A DNA stretch of 64,000 nucleotides from Nymphaea colorata (taxonomy: Eukaryota), in the NCBI RefSeq assembly GCF_008831285.2, contig NC_045138.2:31620001-31684000 (forward strand), read 5' to 3'. Below the pieces are notes generated by a model that was given only the letters and a program-made list of their open reading frames with translations, did no database searches and was not told the DNA's origin. A program made the translations under genes and the position numbers. This document shows positions 24,401 through 37,396 of the stretch, one piece after another; position 1 is the first letter of the stretch; each line of letters opens with the position of its first letter.

Positions 24401-27400
24401 GTATGGTTTTTTGATGCCATTTTCAAAGTCAGCAGTGTTGGGTGGGGCAAGATGTTGTGAGCTGCATCCAACTGTTCCTCCCAATTTTAGTTGTATATCA
24501 AATTTTACTGAAGCATTGAGTTCAATATGGTGAACCGTGCTATAGTTGATAAAACTTGTTTATTTTGTTGTTAGAAATTTCAGTAATGCAGTTGATATCT
24601 TGATAATCTTTTGTTGTTTATTGTGCAAAACTAATTTATTATAACTTCATTGCCATTTACTAGTTCTCTTTGTACGAGTATAAAATAAGTACATAACTAA
24701 GTTATTTTACATAACTAATATATCTGCATGTATGTATTTGCATTATAAGCTTTTTGAATGAATTTGTGTTGACATGTACTAGTCAAGCTTATCATGTCTC
24801 ATGTGTGAGAGGGCCATGTATAATTTGTCTCATGTCATTAAATAATGCTAGCTTTTTTTCTGTGGCAGGTGTTTGCTGCAGAATATTCTCTCATATGTAA
24901 AATTGCTGGATACAAAAAGCCTTATATATCTTTTATGGATGGTGTGACAATGGGATTTGGAATTGGTCTTTCTGGTCATGGCCAATACCGAGTTGTCACA
25001 GAGGTAAGCCATCTGTTTTACAGTTTTACTAACTGTATGATTGAGATGAAAAATTACTAGTTTAAGTTTAGATGCTGGTCCTTCCATTTTCTGACTACCA
25101 ATTCCTCATTTTCTTTTCTCAGAAAACTCTTCTTGCAATGCCAGAAAATGGAATTGGTTTGTTTCCTGATGTGGGGTTTTCATATATAGCAGCTAAAAGT
25201 CCAGGAGAAGGAGCAGTAGGTATGTTTAGATGCCTGATTGTTGGACGAGTTGGAGCCTATTCCCTTTCTTGACTGGCTATCCCTTGTCCTTACGTTGGGG
25301 AAAAGGGTATATTGTTAAAATTTATGCTGTGGCAAGTTCCCCCTAGACGTCTGTATTTGGAATAGTACAATAACTCTTGTAATGGCTTTTAAACTAGTGG
25401 AAAAATTCTTCTTCGGCAGTGGACGTAGGATGACTCTTTGGACTCTCTAAACCACATAAATCCTTGTGGTAGTGTTTGATGGCCAGAAATATGTTTCTGG
25501 ATCCAGAAATATATTTCTGGAATTGGTTTTTGAGAAATAAAATTCTAGATTTCCAAAACTATGTTGTGTTTGTTAATTTGAAATTATTTTTCTGAAAATA
25601 AATTTCTGCGTTTGATGACAAGAGAAGAAGAATCAGTGGAAATGGAAAAGCGCCGCCTTCCCTTCGTCCGCCTCCGCCTCCTTCCCTCTCCCCCGCCTCC
25701 TTCCTTTTCTTCCTCCTCCCTCCTTTCTCCTCCCTCCTTCCCTTCTTCCGCCTCCGCCTCCGCCTCCTTCCCTTCTTCCCTTTCTTCCTCCTCCTTTCTT
25801 CCTTCTTCCTCCTTCCTTTCTTCCTCCTCCACCTCCTTCCCTTCTTCTCTCCTTCCTCCTTCCCCGTTCCTCCTTCCCCGTTCCTCCTTCCCCTTCCCCC
25901 TTTCTCCTTCCTCCTTCCCCGTTCCTCCTTCCTCCTTCCCCGTTCCTCCTTCCCCTTTCTCCTTCCTCCTTTCTCCTTCCTCCTTCCCCTTTCTCCTTCC
26001 TCCTTCCCCTTTCTCCTTCCCCCTTTCCCTTCTTCCCTTCTTCTCCTTCCTTCTTCCCTTCTTCTCCTTCCTTTTCCTCCTTCTTCCTCCTCCCTCCTTT
26101 CTTCTTCCTCCCTCCTTCCTCCCCGCCCCTTCTTCCTCCCCAACGGTAAAAAAAAAAAAACCGGAAATATTATTCCGTCTCTCATCTGGAATAATATTTC
26201 CGGAAATATTGTTCCGTTTTGAGCCCCAACGGTAAAAAAAAAATTTCCATGTTTGATGAAACTGGAAAAAATTTGAAAATTTGAATTATTTTTCTTGTGC
26301 TACAGTAAAATTCCAGCTTATCAAACGCTACCTGTATTCTTCTGCGTTTGTCTGTTTCTCTTCCATTTTTCTTCTTGATTTGAAGGTTGTGACAAGGCCT
26401 TGTTTCCTAGCACTGATAAGCCTTCTAGTTCTAGTTTCTGCACGTCTTTCAGCTACTGGTTTTGGTCTAAAAAAGGGTTTCAAAAGACTCAACACAAGGT
26501 CACTGTACATATAGTGTACTATGTGCTTTGCTAATATGTTTTAGTGTACAGAAATAGATGTTTGTTCTTTAATTATTTTGGTTGTTAGGCATGCATTGTA
26601 TATTATGAAATAAGAACATAGTTGATTGTTGTTATAACATAGGGTAGTTTTGTCAAAAATTGGTCTCCTGTTTCAGATTCGTGTTTTTCATGCTATCCAT
26701 TAAACTTCATTCTTGAAGGCAGTGAATTGTTATTCCTTTCTTCCCGTTATTGTGTTGCATGAAAGTCAATGATGTAATCATGTAAAAGCCTATAATTTGA
26801 TAATTTATACAATTTGTTTTTATGGTACAATACACTCCTCTCCTTTTGAAATGAAACGTCTAGATTCTCTGGAACCTGTCTTACCTCCCCTTTCATATGC
26901 CATGTAACATGCTGTAGCACATAATGCTTCACTTTTTTATAACTTAAAAAAAAATTGTTGGAGTCATCCTTTTTCCAAGATCTTCAGTTAAGACTTTCTC
27001 AGCATATAATATTCTGCTGAGAGCCTTCTTTTCCTATGCATAAGCCAGGATTCTTACCTTATGAACAATAGTCATGATCGAATGAAAAAGAATGACTGTC
27101 AGTTGTTTCGTCTTTTAATTCTGAGAAAGTGGTAGTAAGTGGCATTAAGGATCTCTTTATACTGTTAACTAATAGGGTTGGTTACTTTGTTTAATAGCCT
27201 TTTTTCCCCCTAAATGGTCAATATTTTAGTGCTTATAATGTATGTGAACTTTTGTTTGTTTTGTGTCACGAATATCATTTGTGGTTTTCATGGGTAAGGT
27301 TTTGCTCAGCTATTAATTAGAAAGTTTGTTTATGTTGGAATTCAAAAAGTTAGAAAATATAAAATAATAATAAAAGAAGTTGTGAGAACATGAGTTTTCT

Positions 27401-28777
27401 ACTATTTTTCTTACACAATCATCAATAAAAATTCAAACTAGTTATTGAAATACTGAAAGGAACCCAAAACGTGTACACATGCATACAATACATACGTACA
27501 TACATATATACACATATATATATATATAACTATATATATGTGTGTGTGTGTGTCTGTGTGTGTGTCAAGAAACAGGAAATTGTCACAACAAAGATTGAAA
27601 AAAACACAATATCCTTCTTCTGAACATATTTTAAAAAATATCATGACTTCTTCACAATCTTCCATTTTCCTTATTTTCTGCTTTAATGCAATATTTTGAG
27701 GAAAGTGGTCATATTTGTTACAATGATTTCAGTTAAGGTTATAACTTAGTCATTGCCATTCTCATTACTACATTTTGCCACAACATGTTTCCCAGTTGTT
27801 ACAAGTTCATGCATTATTTTTTCCTTTTGTAATTGGTCATCCTCGTTATTGTAGCTTTGACTACTTTGTTCTCTTTGATCTCTTGCAGTATGTTTGTGAT
27901 GATGTAATGTTTTAATCTTTATAGTTTGGTTCTTAAAGTTCCCTTGTTGTATGACCCTTGTATAGTTTGCTGTCTTAAGACTTCATGCTTTTCTTTTTGT
28001 CAAAGAAAACATATATTTGATGTATAAACAAATAAGGACATGTACATACATACAAAACTACATTTGCAAATATATTATATGCGAACTGTTACTTATCTCT
28101 TCATATTGTTCATTTCCATCTTGTGCTTTTAGCTTAATTTATGTTAACATCACTCAAAACTTTTAATTACTTGTGTACAATTTATAAAATGCTTTTGAGT
28201 TTTGTTTGTATTCATGTTTGAAAATGTTTTCTGGTTGTCCATTTTATAAATTTTAGCTTATTTTGTTTTCATTTCCGTCAATTTTTTTTTTTCTTGTGCA
28301 CAATTTATAAAATACTTTTGGGTTTTAATTTTCTTCATGTTTGTAAACTTTTTTGGTTGTCTTGTGATGGTATATGATATGGTTAAATGCATCTTATACC
28401 TTGAAATATGCCTCCAATATCAATAAAGCATCTATATATACATACACAAATTGTTAGGGAGAGAAACACACTTCAATTCGACCAAAACCCCTCTTTTTAA
28501 CCAATCAAAAGTTTTAGCTTTCTGTCCATTAATTTGTTCTTTATTAGTAATTTGCCAAATTTAATAGCATGAAGTCGGTTACTAATCATCATTATCATTG
28601 ATTCAACATAGAAACTCACTTTTATAGCTCTCTCTCTCTAATATATGTTGCCAAAAATTTGTTTTCACAGTAGTCTCTGTTGGGCTATGTCACATAGGTA
28701 CGGGTACGGATACCGGTCCGGGTACAGACCATTTTCAAAAAATTTGGGTGCGGGGGTATGGCCGTACACACACGCGG

Positions 28778-28809
<32 letters not shown>

Positions 28810-31800
28810 GTCAAAAAATTTCAAAATGAATAACATATTCACAAAACACAGTATGGAAGTAATTAACATACAAATATATCAACTTTCTTGATTCTCTGTC
28901 GCATCATCAAGATTAGAAGGAGCAACATGTCACGCTTTTAAGATATATTGACATCGCTATGGTTATGGCTCACACTATTATCGGAGAGTCAAGTTATAGA
29001 GAAGGAATGGATTTTCGAAACATTGTATGGAAGACTTTAAATGAAAAGTTGTGAGGAACTATGTACAAGAAATGTTTAGAGTGAAAAAGGAAACAAGAAA
29101 AGAGAGGGGGATTTTTAATTTTCAACTCAAAAACTGGACAACTTTGGACTTGGTCAAAGTTGACCGAGTTTGAAAATAGACAAAAATGATCCCGGGTACG
29201 TTGACCGTACCCGGTACTGCGTTGACCGCACCAGGGCCGTACTCGTACCCGTACCCATACCATACGGGTACTCCTCCTTAAGAGGAGTACCTGTGTGACA
29301 TAGCTGCTGGGTGATGCCCATTGTAAATACATGGTGCAATATTGTCTTGGCTTTTTGAATTAGGACCTCTCCATGCATTGGTTGAGCATATGGTGGAAAA
29401 GTGTGCCATGTACATGGTGCATTTCTATATACATCATCGTAAGCATTATCTTCATTGTCTTGCATGCTATTATGTTGCTGATCTTTAATTGTATCCAAAT
29501 TAAAATCTTGATATTATGTTACAGATAACATTAAGAACAGTGAATGTTATTGAATATTGTTGATTTTAAAAATTTCCATATTCATAGATCGTCGTAATGG
29601 TTTCATATTTGTTATATCATCCATTCAGGTATAGTTAATAACTGAGGTATTCTTTATAGTTAATAACTGAGGTATTCTTTCTCGTTTTAGCACTAAGTAG
29701 TTTAGTTCATTTAGAAAATATAATTTAAATAGATTTCAACAATTTTTTTCTCAATATTCCAAACTTTGTACTCCGAAGTGTTCCTAAGTACATTTAGAAT
29801 GAATAGACTCCATCAAACTTTACATTTTTCTTGATAATTTTTTTCCAATATTTTATTCTTACTTGCATTGCAGGAGCTTTTACTAGTAGAAATACAAGCA
29901 TAAACGTCGGTACATATATAAAACAAGTTTATATGTTTTGCATTTAGCTGAAAGCCACCGGTGCATGCATAAAGAACAATGGCATATGGACCAATGTGTG
30001 CCTTTATTGCATATATTTGCTTGTAACATATAAATATGTACATGTATGTAAATATACATGCACGCGATTGTACTTTGTCATTCATGTACATGTGTAGTTG
30101 AGCATGTGCGGATTGAGACGGTTCATTTTTGTTGTAGGTGCTTATCTTGGACTGACTGGAAAGAGGGTTTCAACTCCTGCTGATGCTCTGTTTGTGGGTC
30201 TGGGAACTCATTATGTCCCTTCTGGAAGCTTGGAGTCACTAAAGGGAGCCCTTCTTGGAACAAGCTTGTATTTCTCGGTTCACCATTTGTTTTGTGTTCT
30301 AAGTCTTCTAAATGAACATATGTTTGACGTGGTTCTCATATATTCTGTTTTGTATTTGCAGTTCTGATGATCCCCACAAGGAGGTGCAGGCATTGTTGGC
30401 TGAATATAGCAAGAAGCCTGAATCTGACGCTCAACTACAAGTTCTTCTTCCACAGATAGCTTCTACTTTTGGGTCTCATAAACCAGTGACAGAAATAGTG
30501 CAAGAGTTGAAGCAGCACGAACTTGGTGATGATGTGAAAGGTAAGTTGTTCATATCAGTTCCTAATTGTGGAGTTATATTCTGCTTAATTCTGTTCAGTG
30601 TCTTGTGCTGGTGTTTGTCTAGATGCAACTATTTTTTAAAAATCTTTTGCAGCTTTTTCAAAGAGTGAAGCATATGCTGTCAGATTTATGTGCAAGCTAA
30701 TATATAGGAAAATTGTCTTCTTTACATTAGTATAGTTACAAAAAATTGATAGGACAAGTAGGTGTCTCCTCATTTTGCTATGAGTGTGTTCTCATCATTT
30801 TGTACTGCTCATGGCGACAGGAGCATTCTGTCATTTATACAGTGTTGGGTTTTATTAGCAAGAACTGTAATATCTAATTTCTTTCATGAGGTTCCTGTTA
30901 CCTGCAATCCTAGTTATGTACTTAATGAGCATTAGTGAGCAGAAGTAGGATTTATTGTATTGAAAAATGCAGTATTGAGTGGATGTTACTGTTTTATTGT
31001 GCATAGTTTACTTGCTGTTCTGATAAATGCCAGTTAGCGAAGGTCTGTGACGTGCCCTGTCAAATGACTTGTTCACAACCTCCATTTCTTTTGATTGCTT
31101 TCTCAAAGGGCAGGCAATAATAAACTTTTTGCAAGGACATTGTGCTTATAGTTCATCGATTAAACCCATTTTGTTTAAGTGTTGATATCCTCAATGCCAG
31201 CATCTATATGTACAATCATATATTTTGACATCATCGTTATTGTTTCTTCACTGTTTAATCCTATTTCATGTAAGTGATAACATCGTTAATGCCATAATCT
31301 CTTTGGCAATTTGGTTCCAGTGAATCTTACTAAAACTAGGGGCATGATTTATGTATTGATAAATGAGTTACTCTATAAACCTTGCCTTCACTTTTGAGTA
31401 TTAATGAAGTATAGAGTAATGCAGGCTTCCTTTGCCCCTTAGCAATGCTGTTATGTAAAAGCCTAAAAGGTCAACGACTACGAGGGATTCTGTTATCCAT
31501 CCTTTGTTATTTTATTTTGTTTGAACCACTTGATCTAATGGAGGTGCAATAGATGATTTGATAAGTTGATATTGTTGGCCTTTGGAGTCCAATGATCCTT
31601 TAGTGCGGCCCTAATTCTAGCCTTCTAAGAAATATCACAAATATCTTCAAAACTTTGAAAAACATTCTTGAACCACCTAATTATATTGGCAAATGTTGTG
31701 ATATTTTTCAACATGCAGCAAAAGGATATATGTTGATATAATCACAATTTACTGTGGTAGTATCACAACTTTCTGCTAGTTTTTTAAAAAGTTCATTTTG

Positions 31801-34800
31801 TATATTTGAGGTAACATTTTCTATTATTGTTGTTTCTTGTTTTCATATTAACTTTTAAATAGTTATTTTTGTGGTTTTTTTTTTATTTCATAATTTTTCT
31901 ACTACAGTCATACTTTTTTAGTTTTGAATGTTTAAAATTTTCAAGAATTTTAGGAGAAAGACAATTTTTTTAGGAAAATTCCCATGAAATACCCTGCCAA
32001 CAAATTGTAAAAGCATTATTAGTAACCTATGTCACATGGGTGCGGGTATGATACGGGTACGGCGATACGGGTACGGACACGGCAATTTTGAAAATTTTGG
32101 ATATGCGGATACGGCAAATTTTATATTCTCAAAAATAATAAAATGAAAAAAAAAACATTAAATTAATAGCTCACTTTTATAATAAAGTTTGTTTTACCAC
32201 AAAAGTGCTGAGTATTTGAAAGGATTGTTCATGGACATAATTGGATGCATCACAAAAAAATGATAAAATGAAAAAAAAAAAATATAATAGTTTATTTTTT
32301 GGTGTATCCCACCCGTATCCCGTACCTGGATACGCATGTCCGCGTATCGGATATGGATATGTGGGCTAAACCCACGTATCCGTGTGACAGAGTTAGTAAC
32401 TATTTTCTAGGGAAACAACCCCTACTGATTTCTTATCTTAGATGGTTTTATGGACCAAAGGGATAGAATTCATGTATGACAGTCCACATGCAGGAAAATT
32501 ACCTTCAGTCTCCAATGGTTATTTTTTCTCGGGAACAAACTATGTAGGAGGTCAAATTTTTTTGGGTTCCAACATGGGGCAATGTGTTCAGGCCCAGAAA
32601 TGACGAAAATGCCCTTCATATGTGAAAATGAAACCTGTCTGCTGTAAGGGAGGAATTGGAAAAAAAAACGTGAATGATGACAATAGAATTGTTCAAAAAA
32701 GCCAAAGGCTCTCCCCCTAAAATGTAGAAGGGGCTCCATAGTAGGCACCAAACGTGCACCACCCTCTAAACAACCTAGGGTAGGTGCAACACTAGGGTTA
32801 TTTTAAAGTTTGAAACAGCTTGAGAAGAACTCAATTTCTTATTCTTATGGTGAAATTTCACCTTTTGAAAATTTAGTGGACGTTTTTCTAAATTTTTTCC
32901 ACTGTCATATTTAATATTTTATTCAGGTTCTTTGCAAGGGAAAACAATGTGTATGCAACTGTGTCTGTTGAGAGAACCTCATGATTTTTCAGCCCCACAA
33001 CCATTAACAGCCAACCCAACAAGTGACTCTGTAATGAAGGATGAGGGAGTGAGTGAGTAAACAACCACGTAAAATGGTATTCCAGCCCTAGTGCTTTCTT
33101 ACAAGTCATTTTTGTACAGCTGCCGTGTTCAAGATAGCTGGTAATTTTGACAAACTATCTTTTTAATTTCATGGTTTGCCAGTTTCATGGTCTTAAGCAG
33201 GTGTCTATATTAGTCGCTTGTGCAGCTGTAGCACTTTGATACCAGGAAATTGTTTTGAGAAGCAGAAAGGAGACAGGAAGTAGAAACAAGAAATGAAGCA
33301 CGTGGAAGTTTTTAGGAAGTGAGAAGAGAGAAATGAATATCAAACATGTGGGAATTGAAGCAGAAATGAATCAGAAGTGAAAAAGGTTAGCTTCCTTAGT
33401 GTTGCTATGGAAGGTCAGGCCAAAAGCTAGGAAGCATGTTGGAAACAACAAAAAAACAGAAGAAAAAAGGAAATAAAATAGATTATACTGCTACAGAGGA
33501 GAGTGTCAAATAAGGTTTCTTCAGAGACATAAGCAATGAAGAAGCATGTTTTGTCTATCCCTTGCAAAATTAGCATATTTGGACGTACTTTGAGATCAAG
33601 CTTTGTGCTTCCGAAGCATAGTTTCTGGCAACACACTCCCTTCCACTACGGCACTTAATATACATGATTCAAAAAGACACTGTTGGTTCAAAATACTCTA
33701 TCGATCTGTAGCATGTGCTTGTTATTTTGAAAAAACACTGGGTAGTAGCTTTAGATCATGCACAACTTCCTTCCTCCTAATCAAATCAGTTTTCATTTCG
33801 TCATACGAAAGAGCTGCCTTTTCCTGGAGCCCATGGCCAGGGAAGACCATGATAGGGGAACAACAGTGCCTGGGGAAGACAGACTTGGTCTAGCACTTGA
33901 AACATTTTCATGTTGTGAAGCACAAGCGTTTTAAACTCTCGATGTTCCTAGATGAATTTTAACCTCTCCAGTTGTAAATCGTAAGTGGTATGTTGCTTTC
34001 CATTTGAACTTTTATAGTTCAGTGGACCAAGGGAAAATATAGATGAGAGCTCTGGTCAAATTTCCCTGCACCATCTGTTAAAAAAATTTTCAAACTGATT
34101 TTAACTTGTTGCAAGCTCAATTTTAACTGAAGTTTGATGAAAATGCAGGCTTATTTTTCCCTTTTCTTTTGGTCATATTAGTGTGACTAATTTTAAACTG
34201 GATGAACCATTAGATGCTTGTGAGGCTGGGATTATGCCAAATATGTTACTTCTGGGAGATTTATTATCTGTCAATCGTTTTTCTTGCAGTTGCAGACTGG
34301 GCTAAAGAAGCACTTGCTGGATTGAGCAAAGGTGCTCCTTTTTCTCTTTGCTTGACAGAGAGATACTTTTCCAAGGTGGCATCTGCAAAAGGGATCGCCG
34401 GACATCATCTTTCTACAGTGAGTTGAAACTGGGTTGATCATTTTCACTCTCTTATGCCACATTATTCAGTCTACGTGAACCCTGAAGATCAGATTGTTAT
34501 TCTGAACTTTTTCCTTTCTTTCATCCGTTGGTAATTATTTTCTTAGTTAACGGGTGTTATGAAGACTGAATATCGGATCGCTCTGAGGAGTGCTGTGAGG
34601 GATGATTTTACTGAAGGTGTTCGAGCAGTCCTTGTGGACAAAGACCAGGTTCTGCATTCCATTATATTCTGAGTTATGAGCATGTAACTGTTGTATGATT
34701 GCATGAATGTTGATCGGTTGCAGAACCTGCTTTTTTCTTTAAGAACTTTCAAGCGCATCTTTTGAACTATATTTTCCATTCTGCAGTTGCAGTCACATCC

Positions 34801-35404
34801 CAACATTTTGGTCAGCAAGCAAAATTCTTTAGTAGCTCTCTTTTCTGGATGGTCTCTTGCTAGAGAGCTATGCTATCTGCCTATCCATAATAATTATGGT
34901 TTTCTGTAATTACCAGTTCCTCTTAAGACACTCCATATCCTCCCTGAACTTTCTTTGTCATTGTCTGACCTTTCCCACTTTGCGTAGGTTGCTTGTTTTG
35001 ATGATCTAGGAGCAACATTCATGTCCTGTTCTCACTGTTCTGTGATCTGCCTCCAGATGTGTTGTTTCATTAGCTTGTATGGAGGGAAAGCCTGATAATT
35101 TCATGTTTATAGCTAATTTCATGCTTGTTGCAAAATTCAATTTGGTCGCATTGTATCCAAGCGTGATTCTAATGAAGCTTCTACATCAGCATTAGATGGA
35201 GTTTTTTTATTACGTTTTTCATGCTTTGAACGTTTGCCCTGTTGCAAAGGCCATGAACTATTTTCCTGAGACTAACCTCGTGATTTGAATTTGATGATAT
35301 CACAGAACCCAAAATGGAAACCTTCTGCATTGGATGATGTTGACATCAGCGAAGTGGATTTTCTTTTTGAGCCATTATCTGGCATTAACGAATTAGATGT
35401 ATGA
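21447..35404 (+). CDS. 3-hydroxyisobutyryl-CoA hydrolase-like protein (enoyl-CoA hydratase/crotonase family) with probable organellar transit peptide, ~431 aa; resembles Arabidopsis At4g13360/At3g24360
   Basis: Exons 21447-21705, 22787-22888, 23078-23142, 24869-25003, 25123-25219, 30138-30267, 30362-30540, 34290-34417, 34547-34648 and 35306-35404, all GT-AG, total 1296 nt in frame. Motifs: [76 protein letters not shown]. The N-terminus is Ser/Arg/Pro-rich. Confidence 0.94.
25468..26332. mobile_element. Tourist/PIF-Harbinger-like non-autonomous element with an internal ~490-nt polypyrimidine tract (HIBCH-like intron 5)
   Basis: TIRs GGTAGTGTTTGAT / ATCAAACGCTACC (12/13 match) and a 3-bp direct repeat TGT on both flanks (25465-67, 26333-35). 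Internal ccagaaatat/ccggaaatat repeats; C/T-rich tract at ~25655-26141. Confidence 0.75.
28685..29303. mobile_element. hAT-type MITE (CTATGTCAC family), copy 1
   Basis: TIR ctatgtcacataggtac / gtacctgtgtgacatag. 8-bp TSD ctgttggg / ctgctggg (1 mismatch). Subterminal (gggtac/gtaccc) repeats at both ends. Confidence 0.88.
29631..29680. repeat. Perfect 25-bp tandem duplication
   Basis: atagttaataactgaggtattcttt x2. Confidence 0.9.
32027..32392. mobile_element. hAT-type MITE (CTATGTCAC family), copy 2
   Basis: TIR ctatgtcacatgg / ccgtgtgacagag. Perfect 8-bp TSD ttagtaac (32019-26, 32393-400). ggatac/gtatcc subterminal repeats. Confidence 0.9.
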
Positions 35405-36110
35405 TCTTTATTGTTTCATGTAATAATTGTTAATAAGCTTGCGGACGGCTTGGACATATAGTACAATAATATTCATGTAAAAGGTTACTGTTGTAAACTG
35501 GTAATAATTGGCTTACGGATAGCAACGTTCTTCTGTCGGTTCGTATTACAATTGTTACTTGACTTTATGAATGGGAATGCATTTTTTTCCAATTTATTTT
35601 TCACGTCAAATGGGAATCTAGACATTTTCTTGTGCATTTTTTTGCCCACAGAAGGTTTGTGTTGCAATCTCCTTGTTCACATTGCCATGTATATTGGTAT
35701 TCTTATTTGATTTATGACTATTTACGGATGATCTTTGACACTCAGTTGGGTCTGCTGACTTGATTTTGTGCGTATATGTCCTGTTTCAGAAACTTTCGGA
35801 GTTTTGATTAGTATTCTTGTTTGGCATCGAGTCGTGAATGTCGATAAGTGGAGAAAGTGTTCCAAACAGGAAAAAGGTCAGTCGGTGGACCAACACATGG
35901 ACTAGAAGGGTGCGCAATTCTGTCTAGTTTTATCAGCTGCAGAATCTTGTTTCTACATATGATCTAAGCCTCATTAGAATTGTTGAAACTGAATGTTCTT
36001 TATGCAGAAGAAGCTGAACAGCTTCTTTGAGGGTTGATCGGGATTTCTTTTTGACGTTAGACAGAAAACCAATGGTTCTACTGTCCTTGTCTTCTTTAAG
36101 CAGGCATTTA

Positions 36111-36380
36111 GGTGGTGTTTGGGTGACACCTCACAACCAGGTTTTGGAGTTTGGAGGTCATCAAAATTGGTTTGAAGAGGACCTAGTTTTGACAAAACCA
36201 GGTTTTGTAAAAAAGAGTGAAAAACCTGGTCACCTTTGGCTTATTCAAAAACCAGGTTCTGGTTTTGGATGTGTCACCTAAAAGAAAAAAATTCTAAAAC
36301 TCGTGAAAAACACTTGGTTTTCATAAAACCTAGGTTTTTATAAAACTGGGTTAAAAGGAGTGTGACAGCCAAATGCCCTC
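36111..36380. mobile_element. Degenerate Tourist-like MITE
   Basis: Left end tta|ggtggtgtttgggtgacac and right end gtgtgacagccaaatgccc. Internal repeated near-palindromes aaaacc(a/t)ggtttt. Confidence 0.5.
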
Positions 36381-37396
36381 ATCTAGTTCAGATGAATGCA
36401 GTTAGTGGAATAATTTAAAGTAAAAAGTGGAAGGCGACTCGGGTGTTAGCGGGAGGCGTGAAAGAGCCTCCCACTGTTGACATGTAAGCCCTTCCAGGCT
36501 ACACGTCACCAGGGTTCATGCCTCCTCATTAAACATAACCTGCTCGGCCTCCCCATAACACATAACCTGCTCAGGTAGAAAGTCCAAGTTCAAAACAAAA
36601 TTCATAAGCTAAATCTGTAGTCATAAGAACCCCCATTTCCGTGTCATTCTCTAATATACTTTGGTATTGGATACCATTCTTAAGTTCTATTCTTTATTCT
36701 TTACAAGTTTTACTTATTATTATTTTACATGATTCAACATATTATTTTTTTTCTTGACTGATTTTTTTTTTGGGTATATTATTTTAGGATGTCCTCTTGT
36801 ACATTTGATTAGGAAGAATTTGGACCTTGTAAGATTATGGCCTTTTTACAACTGAAAGTCCTCAAGACTATATTAGTGCAGACAGGGTGTCGGCTATTTG
36901 GTTTATTAGCTTGAAATCTAGGAAAAATCACACGACTATATTTGCAGGGCCTCAGAGTCAGAACTCAGGAAAGACCATCACCTGCAAACTCGACAATGCT
37001 CCTTGTCCATTGATGAAGTGCTGTTATGCTAAATTTACAAGCGTTCAATGCCCCTCAGACAAAGGCAGATCCGCTGAAGATCGTGGGTTAACTACACAAT
37101 CAACCAAAAACAAAGATAGTTTTAGACAACTGGATCGAGTGACCCGGGTTGTTGTTATAGGTCATACAAAAGCAATGAGCCAAGATAATAGCAAAAGCTT
37201 CATTAGATTGAAGTTGGGTCCTGTCAAGTTCCATGGCAAGCGATGATAAAAAGATTAAAGAAATGCAATAAAATCATGCTTAGCCAATTCTTATAATAAC
37301 TGGTACAAAGCAGGCCACGAAAGACTTAAGGCCAATTGGATCTTGTTATTCTAAATTACCGTGGAGGCAAGAGACAACGGAAATATTGATGAAGAA

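Noticed and set aside
25559..26235. ~208-aa R/E/K/G-rich and S/P/F-rich ORFs on both strands
   Set aside because: These are translations of the polypyrimidine/polypurine tract, which lacks stop codons by composition.
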